From assembly GCA_947427205.1 (NCBI GenBank), contig CANEHB010000001.1, positions 150,574 through 214,573 of the forward strand: 64,000 nt of DNA, written 5' to 3'. A program made the translations under genes and the position numbers. Shown here in pieces: positions 1 through 10,562 of the stretch. The DNA comes from an uncultured Clostridium sp. GTDB taxonomy: Bacteria > Bacillota > Clostridia > TANB77 > CAG-508. The notes under the pieces are model-generated. The model worked only from the letters and a program-made list of their open reading frames with translations, was not told the DNA's origin and did no database searches. Each line of letters begins with the position of its first letter. The first letter of the stretch is position 1.

Positions 1-2
1 AC

Positions 3-152
3 AAAATAGGATATAATGTTCAAAATGATAGTCCAGAAGAAATAGCAGAGAAAATATTAGAATTATATAACAATGAAGAATTAAGAAAAGAATACGGAAA
101 AAATAATAGGTATTTAGCAGAAGAAAAATTTAACAGAAAAACGAATTACTTA
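3..152 (+). CDS. 3' end of a glycosyltransferase gene (GT-B/GT4-like C-terminal region), partial at window edge
   Basis: Frame open from window start to TAA at 150-152. The C-terminal peptide ...EEIAEKILELYNNEELRKEYGKNNRYLAEKNL... resembles the C-terminal helix of group-1 glycosyltransferases. Weak, partial. Confidence 0.35.
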
Positions 153-241
153 AAAATAAAGGAATTAATAGAAAAATGAAATTGTAAATAATAAAAAGGG
201 CAATAAAATAGATTAAATTAATAATTATGGAAGGCTAAATT

Positions 242-1478
242 ATGAATTTTATAAAGAAATATAAAGGTTTCTTATCTTACATGATATTAAACATGATAGG
301 ATTTGGAATATATATAATTGCACAACAAATATTATTACTTCCAAGACTAAAAAGCATGGCAACAGACGAAATATATACAAATATTGTACTATATATATCA
401 ATATTGAATGTTGTTTGTAATGTTACAGGTGGAGAACTTGGAAATGTAAGGTTAGTAAGAGATAGTAGTTATAAAGAAAAAAATATTATAGGTGATTTTA
501 CGAGAATTTTAGTTTTAATATCACCTATAATTGCAGTTATAGTTTTTCCAATTTTTATATATCTAAAATATTCATTAGTAGGAAGTATACTTTTTACAAT
601 AACAATATTAATGGCGAATATAAGATTATATGCAACATGTTTTTATAGATTAGAAAAAAATTATTACAAAGTTATTATTCAAAATATTTTTTATTTAGTT
701 CGGAATAGTTTTTAGTTTATTTATATTTAAAACTAATGGAAATATCTATTTATTATTATTTATTCCTGAATTAATTTCTTTAGTTTATGCTTTGAAAAAT
801 TCAGACATTCTAAAAATGAAATTTGCAAAAACTCAAGAAATGATAGAAACTGTAAAGAAGTTTTTTCAGTTAGGAGTTGTTTCACTTTTAACAAATGTAA
901 TGAATTATTTTGATAGATTTTTAATTTATCCAATTTTTGGAGCGAGTTATGTTGCAATGTATTATGCAGTAAATTCAATGTCAAAAGTTGCAAGTTTAAT
1001 AACAAATCCAATGGCAAGTGTTATTTTATCATGGGTATCAAATAATACAGAAAAAAGTAATAAATTAAAAATATTAAGTTTTACGATATTATCAAATATA
1101 CCAGTAATTTTTTTAGTAACTTTAGTTACAATACCATGTACTTATATTGCTCTAATATTTTTATATCCTGAATATGTGCATAGTAGCGAAGCTTTAGTTT
1201 TAATTATTCCAATTTCATTAACAACAGCTTTTGGAACAGCTACAACACTTATAAAATCAGTTTTATTAAAATATAGTAATACTAATAAATTAGTAATTAC
1301 ATATTTTATATATATTATTTTATTTATGATATTAGGGTATTTATTAAGTAAATCAAATGGACTTCAAGGATTTACAGTAGCAAATTTAATCTCTAAAATT
1401 GTTCTTTGGGGATTGTTTATAATATTATTAATAAGCTCAAAAAAGGAGAGTACAAATGAAGATATTAGAGAAAATTAA
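242..1478 (+). pseudogene. Wzx-like polysaccharide flippase (MOP/PST family) interrupted by a +1 shift at in-frame CGG 701-703. Frame A is 242..715; frame A+1 is open 699..1478.
   Basis: Two adjacent ORFs (157 aa and 228 aa) are both multi-TM and together form a ~410-aa flippase-like protein. Deleting C701 gives continuous ...NIFYLVGIVFSLFIFKTNGN... The second ORF in the table starts at TTG only because of the break. Confidence 0.6.
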
Positions 1479-2805
1479 ATCGAAAAACAATTTGCCACTT
1501 ATTTTATTTATAATTTTATTTATAAATTATATTCCATTAATAAAAGCAAATATAGTAACAAAAGAATCTTTTGGAGTTGGAACTAAAGAAATGGCAATTT
1601 GTTTTGCTATAGAGCTTATTATATTATTTGTGTTTTTTATAAAAAAAATTAAAATAACTAAATTAACTGTAACAAATTTTGTTTTATTAATTTTAACAAC
1701 AATAGCGCTAGCAGTAGTTCAAGTAAATGCATATAAATCAGGAAATTATGATAAACTAGATGTTATTAATATAACCTGTATATTTTGCAATATATTATTC
1801 TTATTTATACTGGTACTTAATGTAGATATAGAAGAAAAGTATATATACAATTTTTTTAGAGGTATGATACTTATGGGCTTATTTGCTTGTATTGTAAATG
1901 TGTATATATATCATGAAGAAATATTAAAATTATTTGAAAAAGGAGCAAAAGTATATAAAATAAAAAGTTTTTTCGGCCATAGAAATCAATTTGCAATATT
2001 TTTATATACAGCAATAATTTCAAATATGTTTTTAATTTTAAGAAAAAATAAAAGTATATTTTATAAATTAACATTACTTGTATTTTTGGCAAATTTAGTT
2101 TTTACAGCATCAAGGACAGGAATTTTTTGTTGTGCAATATTTGCAGCTTTATTTTTTATTACTACAGATAGATTTAGTATAAAAACTAAAATAGTAATTT
2201 TTATTGTTGGTGTAGATATTTTATTAGGTGCAACTTATTACATAAATAATAGTCATCCTGAAATAATAGAAAATGTAAAAAAAGTTTTAATAAGGACAGA
2301 TACTATTAAAAGTTTTACAGGCAGATCAGATTTATGGGAAATTGGAACAGATTTAATTTCTGAAAATAATTGTACTAAATTTTTTGGAATTGGAAGATTT
2401 AAAGGTGTAGAAATAGTTGAAGAAACTAAAAATCTTACACAATTTCATAGCTTTTATATAGAAGCATTAGTTACTGGTGGAATTATGGAGCTTGTATATT
2501 TTATATTAATATACCTTATAGTTATTATAAAAGTGATGTTTTCTAATTTAGAAAAGAAATATAAAAGTATATACATATCTATGTTTATAAGCTATTTTAT
2601 ATATTGTTCATTTGAATCTTTGAGTAGATTTTCTATAGGGTGTGCTGATACTTTATGCATGATTGTTTTTATAACTATTCCAATATTACATGCATATAGC
2701 ATAAAAGAAGAAGGAGAAGAAAAAATATATCGAGTTTCGAGGAAATGGATTTCTGATGGTAGTAATGTAGTCATAGATGATAAACAAAACCAAGTAGAGG
2801 AGTAG
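1456..2805 (+). CDS. O-antigen ligase / Wzy-like family polytopic membrane protein (449 aa)
   Basis: About 10-12 hydrophobic helices. Loop motif ...TASRTGIFCCAIF... and a large extracytoplasmic loop are typical of the Wzy_C/O-antigen ligase domain. RBS AAAGGAGAG upstream. Confidence 0.6.
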   Translation: MKILEKIKSKNNLPLILFIILFINYIPLIKANIVTKESFGVGTKEMAICFAIELIILFVFFIKKIKITKLTVTNFVLLILTTIALAVVQVNAYKSGNYDKLDVINITCIFCNILFLFILVLNVDIEEKYIYNFFRGMILMGLFACIVNVYIYHEEILKLFEKGAKVYKIKSFFGHRNQFAIFLYTAIISNMFLILRKNKSIFYKLTLLVFLANLVFTASRTGIFCCAIFAALFFITTDRFSIKTKIVIFIVGVDILLGATYYINNSHPEIIENVKKVLIRTDTIKSFTGRSDLWEIGTDLISENNCTKFFGIGRFKGVEIVEETKNLTQFHSFYIEALVTGGIMELVYFILIYLIVIIKVMFSNLEKKYKSIYISMFISYFIYCSFESLSRFSIGCADTLCMIVFITIPILHAYSIKEEGEEKIYRVSRKWISDGSNVVIDDKQNQVEE

Positions 2806-2810
2806 TACTT

Positions 2811-4073
2811 TTGAATTTCTTAAAAAAATGTAAAAAGAAATTAAATTTACCAATAGTATTATTTATAATAATTATTATTAATTACATTCCAATAGTTATT
2901 CCAAATATGATAAGTAAACAGTCTCATAGTGCAAATAAAATAGCTATGATGATATGTTTTGCTATAGAAATTTTTATGTTATTTAATATTCAATGTGAAA
3001 AAATAGAATTAACAAAAGAAATAAAAAAGAATTTTATTATATTAACTACTATAACAATAATTTTATTTATAATTCAAATTAAGAATTTTGTAATAGATAA
3101 ATTTTATTTTTTTGATATTGTAAATATTGGATGTATTTTTGCAAATATTGTACTTTTATATATACTAATGTTTAATGTAAAAACGAAAGAAGAGCACATT
3201 AATAGATTTTTTAAAGCAATAGTATATATGGGAATATTTGCTTGTTTTGTGAATTTATGTTTATATATAAAAGAAATATTAGCTACAATTGGAATTATTA
3301 ATCTAAAAGAGAGAGTTAATATAAAAAGTTTTTTTGCAAATAGAAATCAATTTGCGTTTTTCTTATATATTTCAATAATTTCTACATTTTTTGTTTTAGA
3401 AAAATTAAATAAAAAAAATTGTAAATTTATACTTGTAATATTTTTTATAAATTTAGTATTAACAATGTCAAGAACAGGAATATTAGTAGTTTTAATTTTT
3501 GCATTTCTGATGTTTTTATGTTCAAACAAAGTAAGCAAGAATTCTAAAATATTTATAGTATTAAGTTTTGTAGTGATTTCAGCAGTGGTACTTATAGCTA
3601 TTATATTATTTTTTCCAGAAGTTTGGAATAAACTAAACTCAATGTTTTTTAGAATAGAACATGTTAAAAATTTATCTGGAAGAACTGATATATGGAATGT
3701 AGGAATAAATTTATTAATTCAAAATCCAATAAACTTTTTATTTGGAGTTGGTAGATTTTATTCTACAAGTTTGCTACATTTTGAAACTAAAACTTTTACA
3801 CAATTTCATAATATATATTTAGATATTTTATTAACAAGTGGATTAATAGGTCTAGTATATTTTAGTTTTATATATTATAATGTCATAAGAAAAATAATAA
3901 AATCTAATTTAAGCAAAAAATTAAAAAGAATGTATATATGCATGTATATTACTTATGGAATATATATATTGTTTGAAAGTTGTGGAAGATTCTCTGTGGG
4001 AGCTTCAGATACTTTATGTTTAATATTTTTTATAACGATTCCATTATTACATTCAAATAGTATTAAAAATTAA
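2811..4073 (+). CDS. Second O-antigen ligase / Wzy-like membrane protein, tandem paralog of 1456..2805 (420 aa, TTG start)
   Basis: Same architecture and clear similarity to the upstream gene (N-terminal KKLNLPIVLFIII..., motif TMSRTGILVVLIF, C-terminal FESCGRFSVGASDTLC vs FESLSRFSIGCADTLC). Confidence 0.6.
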   Translation: MNFLKKCKKKLNLPIVLFIIIIINYIPIVIPNMISKQSHSANKIAMMICFAIEIFMLFNIQCEKIELTKEIKKNFIILTTITIILFIIQIKNFVIDKFYFFDIVNIGCIFANIVLLYILMFNVKTKEEHINRFFKAIVYMGIFACFVNLCLYIKEILATIGIINLKERVNIKSFFANRNQFAFFLYISIISTFFVLEKLNKKNCKFILVIFFINLVLTMSRTGILVVLIFAFLMFLCSNKVSKNSKIFIVLSFVVISAVVLIAIILFFPEVWNKLNSMFFRIEHVKNLSGRTDIWNVGINLLIQNPINFLFGVGRFYSTSLLHFETKTFTQFHNIYLDILLTSGLIGLVYFSFIYYNVIRKIIKSNLSKKLKRMYICMYITYGIYILFESCGRFSVGASDTLCLIFFITIPLLHSNSIKN

Positions 4074-4118
4074 GTTAGTATACAAAAGAAAAAACTTTAT
4101 AAAATAAGGAGAAATAAA

Positions 4119-5183
4119 ATGATTTTAAAACTTATACTTTCAATATTAGTTTTATTTATAGTACCAGAGCTATTAGGGTTATTAATTTGTAGATTTATAA
4201 AAAAAGAAAAAAATGATATATTTTTTGCGTTTGTTATAGGGTATTTAATAGAATTCGCAATATGTCAAGTTTTAGCAGTACCAATGATTTTATATGAAGT
4301 TTCATTTAAAATTTTATTAAATACTTATATAACTATAATAAGTGTATTATCTATATTATCATTTTTTATAAATATTATAAGAATAAAAGATATTATTAAA
4401 AAAAATATACAAAGTTTAAAAGAAACTCCTAAATTTTTAGCATTAATAACATTAATTTTAATAGGAATTCAAGTTTATGGATTTATTGGATATGCACATA
4501 TAGATGATGATGATGCAATTTACGTAGGAACAGCAACAACAATATTACAAACAGATACTTTATATAAATATTCTGCAAATACTGGGTCAGAAAATGGAGA
4601 ACAATTACATTTAAGATATAGATTAGGACCATTTCCAGTATATACAGCAATAATATCAAAAATGATACATATTCATCCAGCTATAGTAGCACATCTTGTA
4701 TTTCCATGTATATTTGTACCTATTGTATATATGATATATGGATTAATAGGAAATGAATTATTCAAAAAAGATAAAAAACAGATTTTCCTATTTTTAATAA
4801 TAATAAACTTTTTATTTATATGGGGTAACTATTCTGCAAGAACTAACTTTACATTTTTATTATTCCGTATTTGGCAGGGAAAAGCAGTTTTAGCTAATAT
4901 TATAATACCAGCTACTTGGCTATTATTACTAAAAGTAGAAGAAAATGATTTTAAGTTTACAAACTTTTTATTATTGTTTATTGTAAATTTAGCAGGAGAT
5001 TTTACAACTACAATGGGAATAGCGTTAGTACCAATAACAGTAATGGTAGTAGCATTTGCACTTGAGATTTCTAAATTTAAGTTTAAAAATGGAATTTTAA
5101 AAACAATAAAAAATTTAAGTTTATGTTTAGCAAGTTGTGTGCCAAGTATAGTATATGGAATCACATATTTTGTAAAAGGATAA
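4119..5183 (+). CDS. Polytopic membrane protein (354 aa), possibly a GT-C-fold glycosyltransferase or polymerase of the glycan pathway
   Basis: Many TM helices. Acidic extracytoplasmic loop HIDDDDAIYVG reminiscent of the DD/DE loops of GT-C enzymes. Location in the glycan island. No firm family call. Confidence 0.4.
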   Translation: MILKLILSILVLFIVPELLGLLICRFIKKEKNDIFFAFVIGYLIEFAICQVLAVPMILYEVSFKILLNTYITIISVLSILSFFINIIRIKDIIKKNIQSLKETPKFLALITLILIGIQVYGFIGYAHIDDDDAIYVGTATTILQTDTLYKYSANTGSENGEQLHLRYRLGPFPVYTAIISKMIHIHPAIVAHLVFPCIFVPIVYMIYGLIGNELFKKDKKQIFLFLIIINFLFIWGNYSARTNFTFLLFRIWQGKAVLANIIIPATWLLLLKVEENDFKFTNFLLLFIVNLAGDFTTTMGIALVPITVMVVAFALEISKFKFKNGILKTIKNLSLCLASCVPSIVYGITYFVKG

Positions 5184-5198
5184 TTTAGGAGAGAGAAT

Positions 5199-5949
5199 AT
5201 GTTTGAAGAAAATATAGAAATTATTAAAAATACATTTCAAGAATTTATTGGTTCTGGTATGTATATGTTACTTTTTTTTATTGCTTTGTTATATATATAT
5301 ATGAAAGAAGATAATAAGAAAAATAAAGCTTTTCTTTTATATACATCTATTATAATATTATTAATAACTTTAAATCCGATTTTTAATAAAGCAGTTGGAA
5401 AAATATTTACAGACTCTGTGTATTGGAGAGTATTTTGGTTACTTCCTTTAGGAATTACTATAGCATATGCAGGAGTGAAATTTATAAATAGTGAAAAACA
5501 AAAATATAAGCAAATAGTTGCAACAATAGGATTAATTTTAATAGTTGTAGTAAGTGGAAAGTTGATATATAATAAAGAAAATTATTTCGAATTAGGAAAT
5601 TTTTATAAATTACCAGATGAAGATGTTTTAGTAACACAATTAATAGGAGCAGATGATGAAGATTATAAGAAAGCTATTGCACCTGAAAGTTTAGTAGCAC
5701 ATATGAGACAGATTGATGCTTCAATTGATTTAGCATATAGAAGGGATCCTCAAGGAAAACGGAAATCCAACACTTACAGCATTAATGTCAGGAAATGTTG
5801 AAGAACTTTCTAAACATGCAAAAAACAAAAATTGTAATTATATTGTGTTTAGAAAAGAAACTGTTTTGAATGGTAATATGGAAGATTATAATTTTGAAAA
5901 ATTTGATGAAACTAATAGTTATATAATCTATAAATTAGTAAATAAATAA
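5199..5949 (+). pseudogene. Membrane protein with soluble C-terminal domain, interrupted by a +1 shift at in-frame CGG 5760-5762. Frame A is 5199..5801; +1 frame continues to TAA 5947-5949.
   Basis: Deleting C5760 gives ...LAYRRDPQGKGNPTLTALMSGNVEELSKHAKNKNCNYIVFRKE...KLVNK*. The frame-A ORF stops 13 codons after the CGG. Confidence 0.45.
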
Positions 5950-5965
5950 AAAGAGGTGTAGTATA

Positions 5966-6961
5966 ATGAAAATTTTAGTAACAGGTGGATTAGGATTTAT
6001 TGGATCACATACAGTAGTAGAGCTTGCAAAAGAGAATAATGAAGTAATAATAGTAGATAATCTTTATAATAGTAAAGAAGAAGTTTTAGAAAAATTAGAA
6101 AAAATTACTGGTAAAAAATTCAAATTATACAAACATGATCTAACAGACAAAGAAAAAGTAGAAGAAATTTTTTCTGAAAATGAGATTGATGCAGTAATAC
6201 ATTTTGCAGGATATAAAGCAGTAGGGGAATCTGTAAAGAAACCATTAATGTACTATTCAAATAATTTAATAAGTACAATAAACCTTTTAGAAATAATGAA
6301 AAAATATAATGTAAAAAAGATAGTATTTAGTTCATCTGCAACAGTATATGGGGATCCAGGAACTCCGAAATATGTAGAGAATATGAAAAGAGGAGAAACT
6401 TCAAATCCATATGGTGAAACTAAAGCAATGATTGAAAGAATATTAGAAGATTTGTATAAATCAGATAACTCATGGAGTATAACTCTTTTAAGATATTTCA
6501 ATCCAGTAGGAGCACATGAATCAGGATTAATAGGAGAAGAACCAAATGGTATTCCAAATAATTTAATGCCTTATGTAATGAAAGTTGCATCAGGAAAATT
6601 AGAAGTTTTAAGTATATTTGGAAATGATTATCCAACTCCAGATGGAACAGGTGTAAGAGATTACATTCACGTTGTAGATTTAGCAAAAGGACATGTAAAA
6701 GCGTTAGAAAAGCTAAAAGAAGGATTAAATGTTTATAATTTAGGATCTGGAAAAGGAGTAAGTGTACTTGAATTAGTTACAACTTTTGAGAAAGTAAATA
6801 ATATAAAAGTAAATTATAAAATTGTAGATAGAAGACCAGGAGATCTTCCAGAGTATTATGCAGATCCATCAAAAGCTTTAAAAGAACTTGAGTGGAAAAC
6901 AGAAAAAACATTGGAAGATATTTGCAGAGATTCTTGGAATTATGAAAAAAACAATATTTAA
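5966..6961 (+). CDS. galE: UDP-glucose 4-epimerase
   Basis: N-terminal Rossmann motif MKILVTGGLGFIGSH, catalytic YxxxK region (...SSSATVYGDP..., ...NPYGETKAM...), 331 aa. Typical GalE length and motifs. Confidence 0.9.
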   Translation: MKILVTGGLGFIGSHTVVELAKENNEVIIVDNLYNSKEEVLEKLEKITGKKFKLYKHDLTDKEKVEEIFSENEIDAVIHFAGYKAVGESVKKPLMYYSNNLISTINLLEIMKKYNVKKIVFSSSATVYGDPGTPKYVENMKRGETSNPYGETKAMIERILEDLYKSDNSWSITLLRYFNPVGAHESGLIGEEPNGIPNNLMPYVMKVASGKLEVLSIFGNDYPTPDGTGVRDYIHVVDLAKGHVKALEKLKEGLNVYNLGSGKGVSVLELVTTFEKVNNIKVNYKIVDRRPGDLPEYYADPSKALKELEWKTEKTLEDICRDSWNYEKNNI

Positions 6962-6986
6962 AATATAAAAATAATAGATAATTATG

Positions 6987-7040
6987 GCAAGCTTAAAATT
7001 TCCATTTAATAGAAAATTTTAAGTTTGCTTTTTATATTAT
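6987..7040 (+). terminator. Rho-independent terminator after galE
   Basis: 15-bp stem GCAAGCTTAAAATTT / AAATTTTAAGTTTGC (1 mismatch), loop CCATTTAATAGA, followed by TTTTTATATTAT. A second hairpin ATAGGAAATT-acttcgca-ATTTCCTAT follows at about 7039-7066. Confidence 0.6.
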
Positions 7041-7243
7041 AGGAAATTACTTCGCAATTTCCTATAACATAAAGCCTTCGACAAATTTTGCACATTTCAT
7101 AGCTGCGCAAAAATTAGTGAGCTATAGCTAAGTTATGCACTCGAACAAAAACGAGGACATTTGCAAGAAATTTTGCTTTTTACAATTTTTATAATGTTCT
7201 TTTTTGTTCCTAGAAAAATTCACAAACAAGACACATTAAAATG

Positions 7244-7272
7244 TTGATATTTAAAGCAAGTAATGATATAAT
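7244..7272 (+). promoter_or_regulatory. Sigma-A-type promoter for the ABC-exporter/GT operon
   Basis: TTGATA, 17-nt spacer, TATAAT, about 40 nt upstream of the permease start at 7311. Confidence 0.5.
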
Positions 7273-7310
7273 CAGCATAAATTTTAATAGGTAAAAAAGG
7301 ATGAAAAAAT

Positions 7311-8099
7311 ATGGAATTTTTTAAAATACTATTCAAAAATAAAAAAATTATAATGCAACTTGGAAAAAATGATTTTAGAAATAGATTTGCAAATACAGGA
7401 CTAGGTGCTATATGGGGATTTGCGCAACCTTTTGTTTTTATGCTTACTTATGTAATTGTATTTCAATATATATTAAAATCAAATAGTTCAGGAGAATATC
7501 CTTATGTTGTATGGTTTTTACCTGGTATGTCAATATGGATGTTTTGTAATGATGCAATAATGAATGCAAGTAATTCTATTAGAAATTATAGTTATCTTGT
7601 AAAAAAGGTTGTTTTTCCAGTTGATATTATTCCAATAATAGCTCTTGCATCATCATGTTTCGTAGGAATATTTTTAATGATAATAGCAATAGTAGTTTCA
7701 AGCATATATGGTTTTGTGCCAAATGTTTTAAATGTTATATATATATTATTTTGTTTATTATGCTTTATAATTTCATTTACGCGTTTTACATCAGCATTAA
7801 CAACTTTAGTACCAGATTTTGCCCAATTATTAGGAATTTTAATGCAACTATTTATGTGGTTTACACCAATAATTTGGAATTTAACTATGCTTTCAGATAG
7901 CTTAGTTAATGTGTTTAAATGTTTTCCTTTTACATATTTAGTAGAAGGATTTAGACAAGCATTTATGGAAAATTCAACTATTATAACCGAAAATAGTGGC
8001 ATGTTTACAGCTGTTTTTTGGATTGTTACGATAGTTATATTTATTTGGGGAAATGCAATATTCAAAAAGTCTAAAAAAGACTTTGCAGATGTATTATAA
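7311..8099 (+). CDS. ABC-2 type polysaccharide/teichoic-acid exporter permease (Wzm/TagG/KpsM family)
   Basis: 262 aa, 6 TM helices, ABC-2 family signature region. Immediately upstream of the Wzt/TagH-like ATPase. Confidence 0.8.
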   Translation: MEFFKILFKNKKIIMQLGKNDFRNRFANTGLGAIWGFAQPFVFMLTYVIVFQYILKSNSSGEYPYVVWFLPGMSIWMFCNDAIMNASNSIRNYSYLVKKVVFPVDIIPIIALASSCFVGIFLMIIAIVVSSIYGFVPNVLNVIYILFCLLCFIISFTRFTSALTTLVPDFAQLLGILMQLFMWFTPIIWNLTMLSDSLVNVFKCFPFTYLVEGFRQAFMENSTIITENSGMFTAVFWIVTIVIFIWGNAIFKKSKKDFADVL

Positions 8100-8149
8100 A
8101 ATTTATAGATTAAATTATAACTTTTTGTATAAATTGAAAGGTAAAATAA

Positions 8150-9112
8150 ATGAAAAAAGTAGATATATTGCTTGCAACATATAATGGAGAACAGTATCTA
8201 AAAGAACAATTAGATAGTATTTTAGCTCAAAGCTATAATGAATTTAGATTATTAATTTCAGATGATGCATCAACAGATGATACAATAAGAATTTTAAAAG
8301 AATATGAAGAAAAAGATAATCGTATTACAGTATTTTTTCAAAAAGAAAATTCTGGTGTAATAAAAAATTTTGAGTTTTTACTTGAAAGAGTTGAAAATGA
8401 ATATTATATGTTTTCTGATCAAGATGATATTTGGAAAGAAGATAAAATTGAAAAATCAATAAAAAGAATTGAAGAAACAGATAGCAGTTTAGTATATACA
8501 GATTTAGAAGTTGTGGATTCAGATTTAAATGTAACATATAAATCATATTGGAAGTTAAAAGGGATATATAACAAAATAAAAAAATATAATAATTTTGAAA
8601 GTTTATATTTAAATAATTTTGTTACAGGTTGTACAATAATTTCTAAAAAAGAATTTATAGATGAAGTACTTCCACTTCCAAACACAAGCAAATTTGTATT
8701 ACATGATTATTGGATTCCACTTGTACTAAGCCAAAAACATAAAATATCTTATATTGAAGAACCATTAATAAAGTACAGACAACATAAAAATAATAAAATC
8801 GGATCTAAAAAGAAAGTTGATGAATTAAAAGAGTTTGAAGAAGTAAGAGAACTTTTTATTAGAGTAAAGAAAGAACATTTTAAAGTATTTATTGAAAATG
8901 AAGAAAAATTTATAGATGAGAGAATAAAAAAATTAAATGTGGAAGCATTAGAATATTATGAGATGTTAGAAAAAAAGAAAAATATAAATTTTAGAAAATG
9001 GATATTATTTTTTAAACTTTACAAATATGAAGGATTTGTTTATAAAATGGAAAATTTCATTATTCTAAATTTACCAATGATTGCAAGATTTTTGTTTAAA
9101 TTAAGAAAATAA
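8150..9112 (+). CDS. Family-2 glycosyltransferase (rhamnosyltransferase-like, 320 aa)
   Basis: N-terminal GT-A fold: ...VDILLATYNGEQYLKEQLDSILAQSY...LLISDDASTDDT... and a DxD-like ...FSDQDD... Paralog of 28282..29190. Confidence 0.8.
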   Translation: MKKVDILLATYNGEQYLKEQLDSILAQSYNEFRLLISDDASTDDTIRILKEYEEKDNRITVFFQKENSGVIKNFEFLLERVENEYYMFSDQDDIWKEDKIEKSIKRIEETDSSLVYTDLEVVDSDLNVTYKSYWKLKGIYNKIKKYNNFESLYLNNFVTGCTIISKKEFIDEVLPLPNTSKFVLHDYWIPLVLSQKHKISYIEEPLIKYRQHKNNKIGSKKKVDELKEFEEVRELFIRVKKEHFKVFIENEEKFIDERIKKLNVEALEYYEMLEKKKNINFRKWILFFKLYKYEGFVYKMENFIILNLPMIARFLFKLRK

Positions 9113-9132
9113 TTATTTGAAAGGGAAAAAAT

Positions 9133-10425
9133 ATGGATAATTCTGAGACAGTAATAAAAATTACAAATTTAGTAAAAGAATATAAAATGTTTGATAGAAA
9201 AAAGGATAGATTATTAGAAACAATACTTCCAAGATATCAAAAACATACAACATTTAGAGCATTAGATAATCTAAATCTAGAATTAAAAAAAGGAGAAGTT
9301 TTAGGAATACTTGGGAAAAATGGTGCTGGTAAATCTACTCTTTTAAAAATGATTACAGGAGTTGCAACACCAAATTCTGGAACAATTGAAATAAACGGAA
9401 AAATAAGTTCTCTTTTAGAGCTTGGAGCAGCTTTTAATCCAGATCTTACTGGGTATGAAAATATATATCAACATGGACAAGTTATGGGACTTACAAGTGA
9501 AGAAATAAAAGCAAAAGAGCAAGAGATTATAGATTTTGCAGATATTGGAGACCATCTATCTCAACCAGTAAAAACATATTCTTCAGGTATGTTTGCTAGA
9601 TTAGCATTTGCATGTGCTATAAATGTTGATCCAGATATTTTGATTGTTGATGAGGTATTATCAGTTGGAGATATGGCTTTCCAATTAAAATGTTTTAAAA
9701 AGTTTGAGCAATTTAAAGAAAGAGGAAAAACAATTATATTTGTTACACATAATGTTGCAGATGTTTTAAAAAACTGTAATAGGGCAATAATAATGGAGAA
9801 TGGTAGAAAAACATTTGATGGAAGTGTTAAAGATGGTGTAAATAGATACAAAAAAATAATTGTAGGATTAAGTCAGGAAGATGTAGAAAGAGAAGAAAAA
9901 ATACAAGAAGAATTAAAAAAAGACTATGTTATTGAAGATGGAGAGGTTTGGAAAGATAAGTTTAATCAAAATCCAAATATTATCGAATATGGAAATAGAG
10001 ATGCTGATGTTATAGACTATGGAATTTTTGATTTAGAAGGAAATCCAATTAATGTTTTTGATAACGCAGATACAGTAATATTAAAATCAAAGGTTAAATT
10101 TAATAAAAATGTTAAAGACCCAATATTTACAATGACAGTAAAAGATTATAATGGAAATGATATAGCAGGAACAAATTCTCAAATTGAAAAGGTTATGACA
10201 GGAGAATTCAAAAAAGGTGATATTGCTGTAGCTGAATTTAAGCAAAAATTACCAATAGCAGTAGGTAAATATACATTATCTTTTAGTTGTACAAGATTTA
10301 ATTTAAATGGAGAATTAGAAGTATTAAGTAGAAAATATGATGCTTTATTAATTGAAGTTATTACAACAAAAAATACTGTTGGAACTGTTAGACTAGATTC
10401 TGAAATTACAGTAAGAAAAATTTAA
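9133..10425 (+). CDS. ABC transporter ATP-binding protein of the glycan exporter (Wzt/TagH-like) with C-terminal carbohydrate-binding domain
   Basis: Walker A GKNGAGKST, signature YSSGM, Walker B ILIVDE, H-loop THN. About 190-aa C-terminal extension, as in Wzt proteins that recognise the modified glycan terminus. Confidence 0.85.
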   Translation: MDNSETVIKITNLVKEYKMFDRKKDRLLETILPRYQKHTTFRALDNLNLELKKGEVLGILGKNGAGKSTLLKMITGVATPNSGTIEINGKISSLLELGAAFNPDLTGYENIYQHGQVMGLTSEEIKAKEQEIIDFADIGDHLSQPVKTYSSGMFARLAFACAINVDPDILIVDEVLSVGDMAFQLKCFKKFEQFKERGKTIIFVTHNVADVLKNCNRAIIMENGRKTFDGSVKDGVNRYKKIIVGLSQEDVEREEKIQEELKKDYVIEDGEVWKDKFNQNPNIIEYGNRDADVIDYGIFDLEGNPINVFDNADTVILKSKVKFNKNVKDPIFTMTVKDYNGNDIAGTNSQIEKVMTGEFKKGDIAVAEFKQKLPIAVGKYTLSFSCTRFNLNGELEVLSRKYDALLIEVITTKNTVGTVRLDSEITVRKI

Positions 10426-10562
10426 AAGTTAAGAAGAATGTAAAGTAATTTATATAATAGAAATTACGAAAAAATTTTCTAATATTGTATAAAACAAAGA
10501 TTTAAATATAAACTAAATTATTGAAAGATAATTATTGATTTATAAAGATAGGAGAATTAAAA

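Noticed and set aside
685-703. Homopolymer-slippage explanation for the frameshifts (e.g. the T6 run just before site 701)
   Set aside because: The extra base is always a C immediately 5' of GG, never an extension of a homopolymer. None of the 12 sites is in a mononucleotide run.
760-1017. Minus-strand 85-aa ORF, and similar short antisense ORFs (1871..2092, 7592..8065, 8325..8691, 12002..12283, 38511..38789, 40024..40329, 52606..52906, 58687..59082 and so on)
   Set aside because: All lie inside well-supported genes on the opposite strand. They have low-complexity L/K/F/I-rich translations typical of AT-rich antisense frames, with no RBS and no domain features.
4119-5949. Possibility that 4119..5183 and 5199..5949 are two halves of one split gene
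   Set aside because: A clean stop, a 15-nt spacer with AGGAGAG RBS and an ATG start argue for two genes. The only lesion is the CGG junction inside the second.
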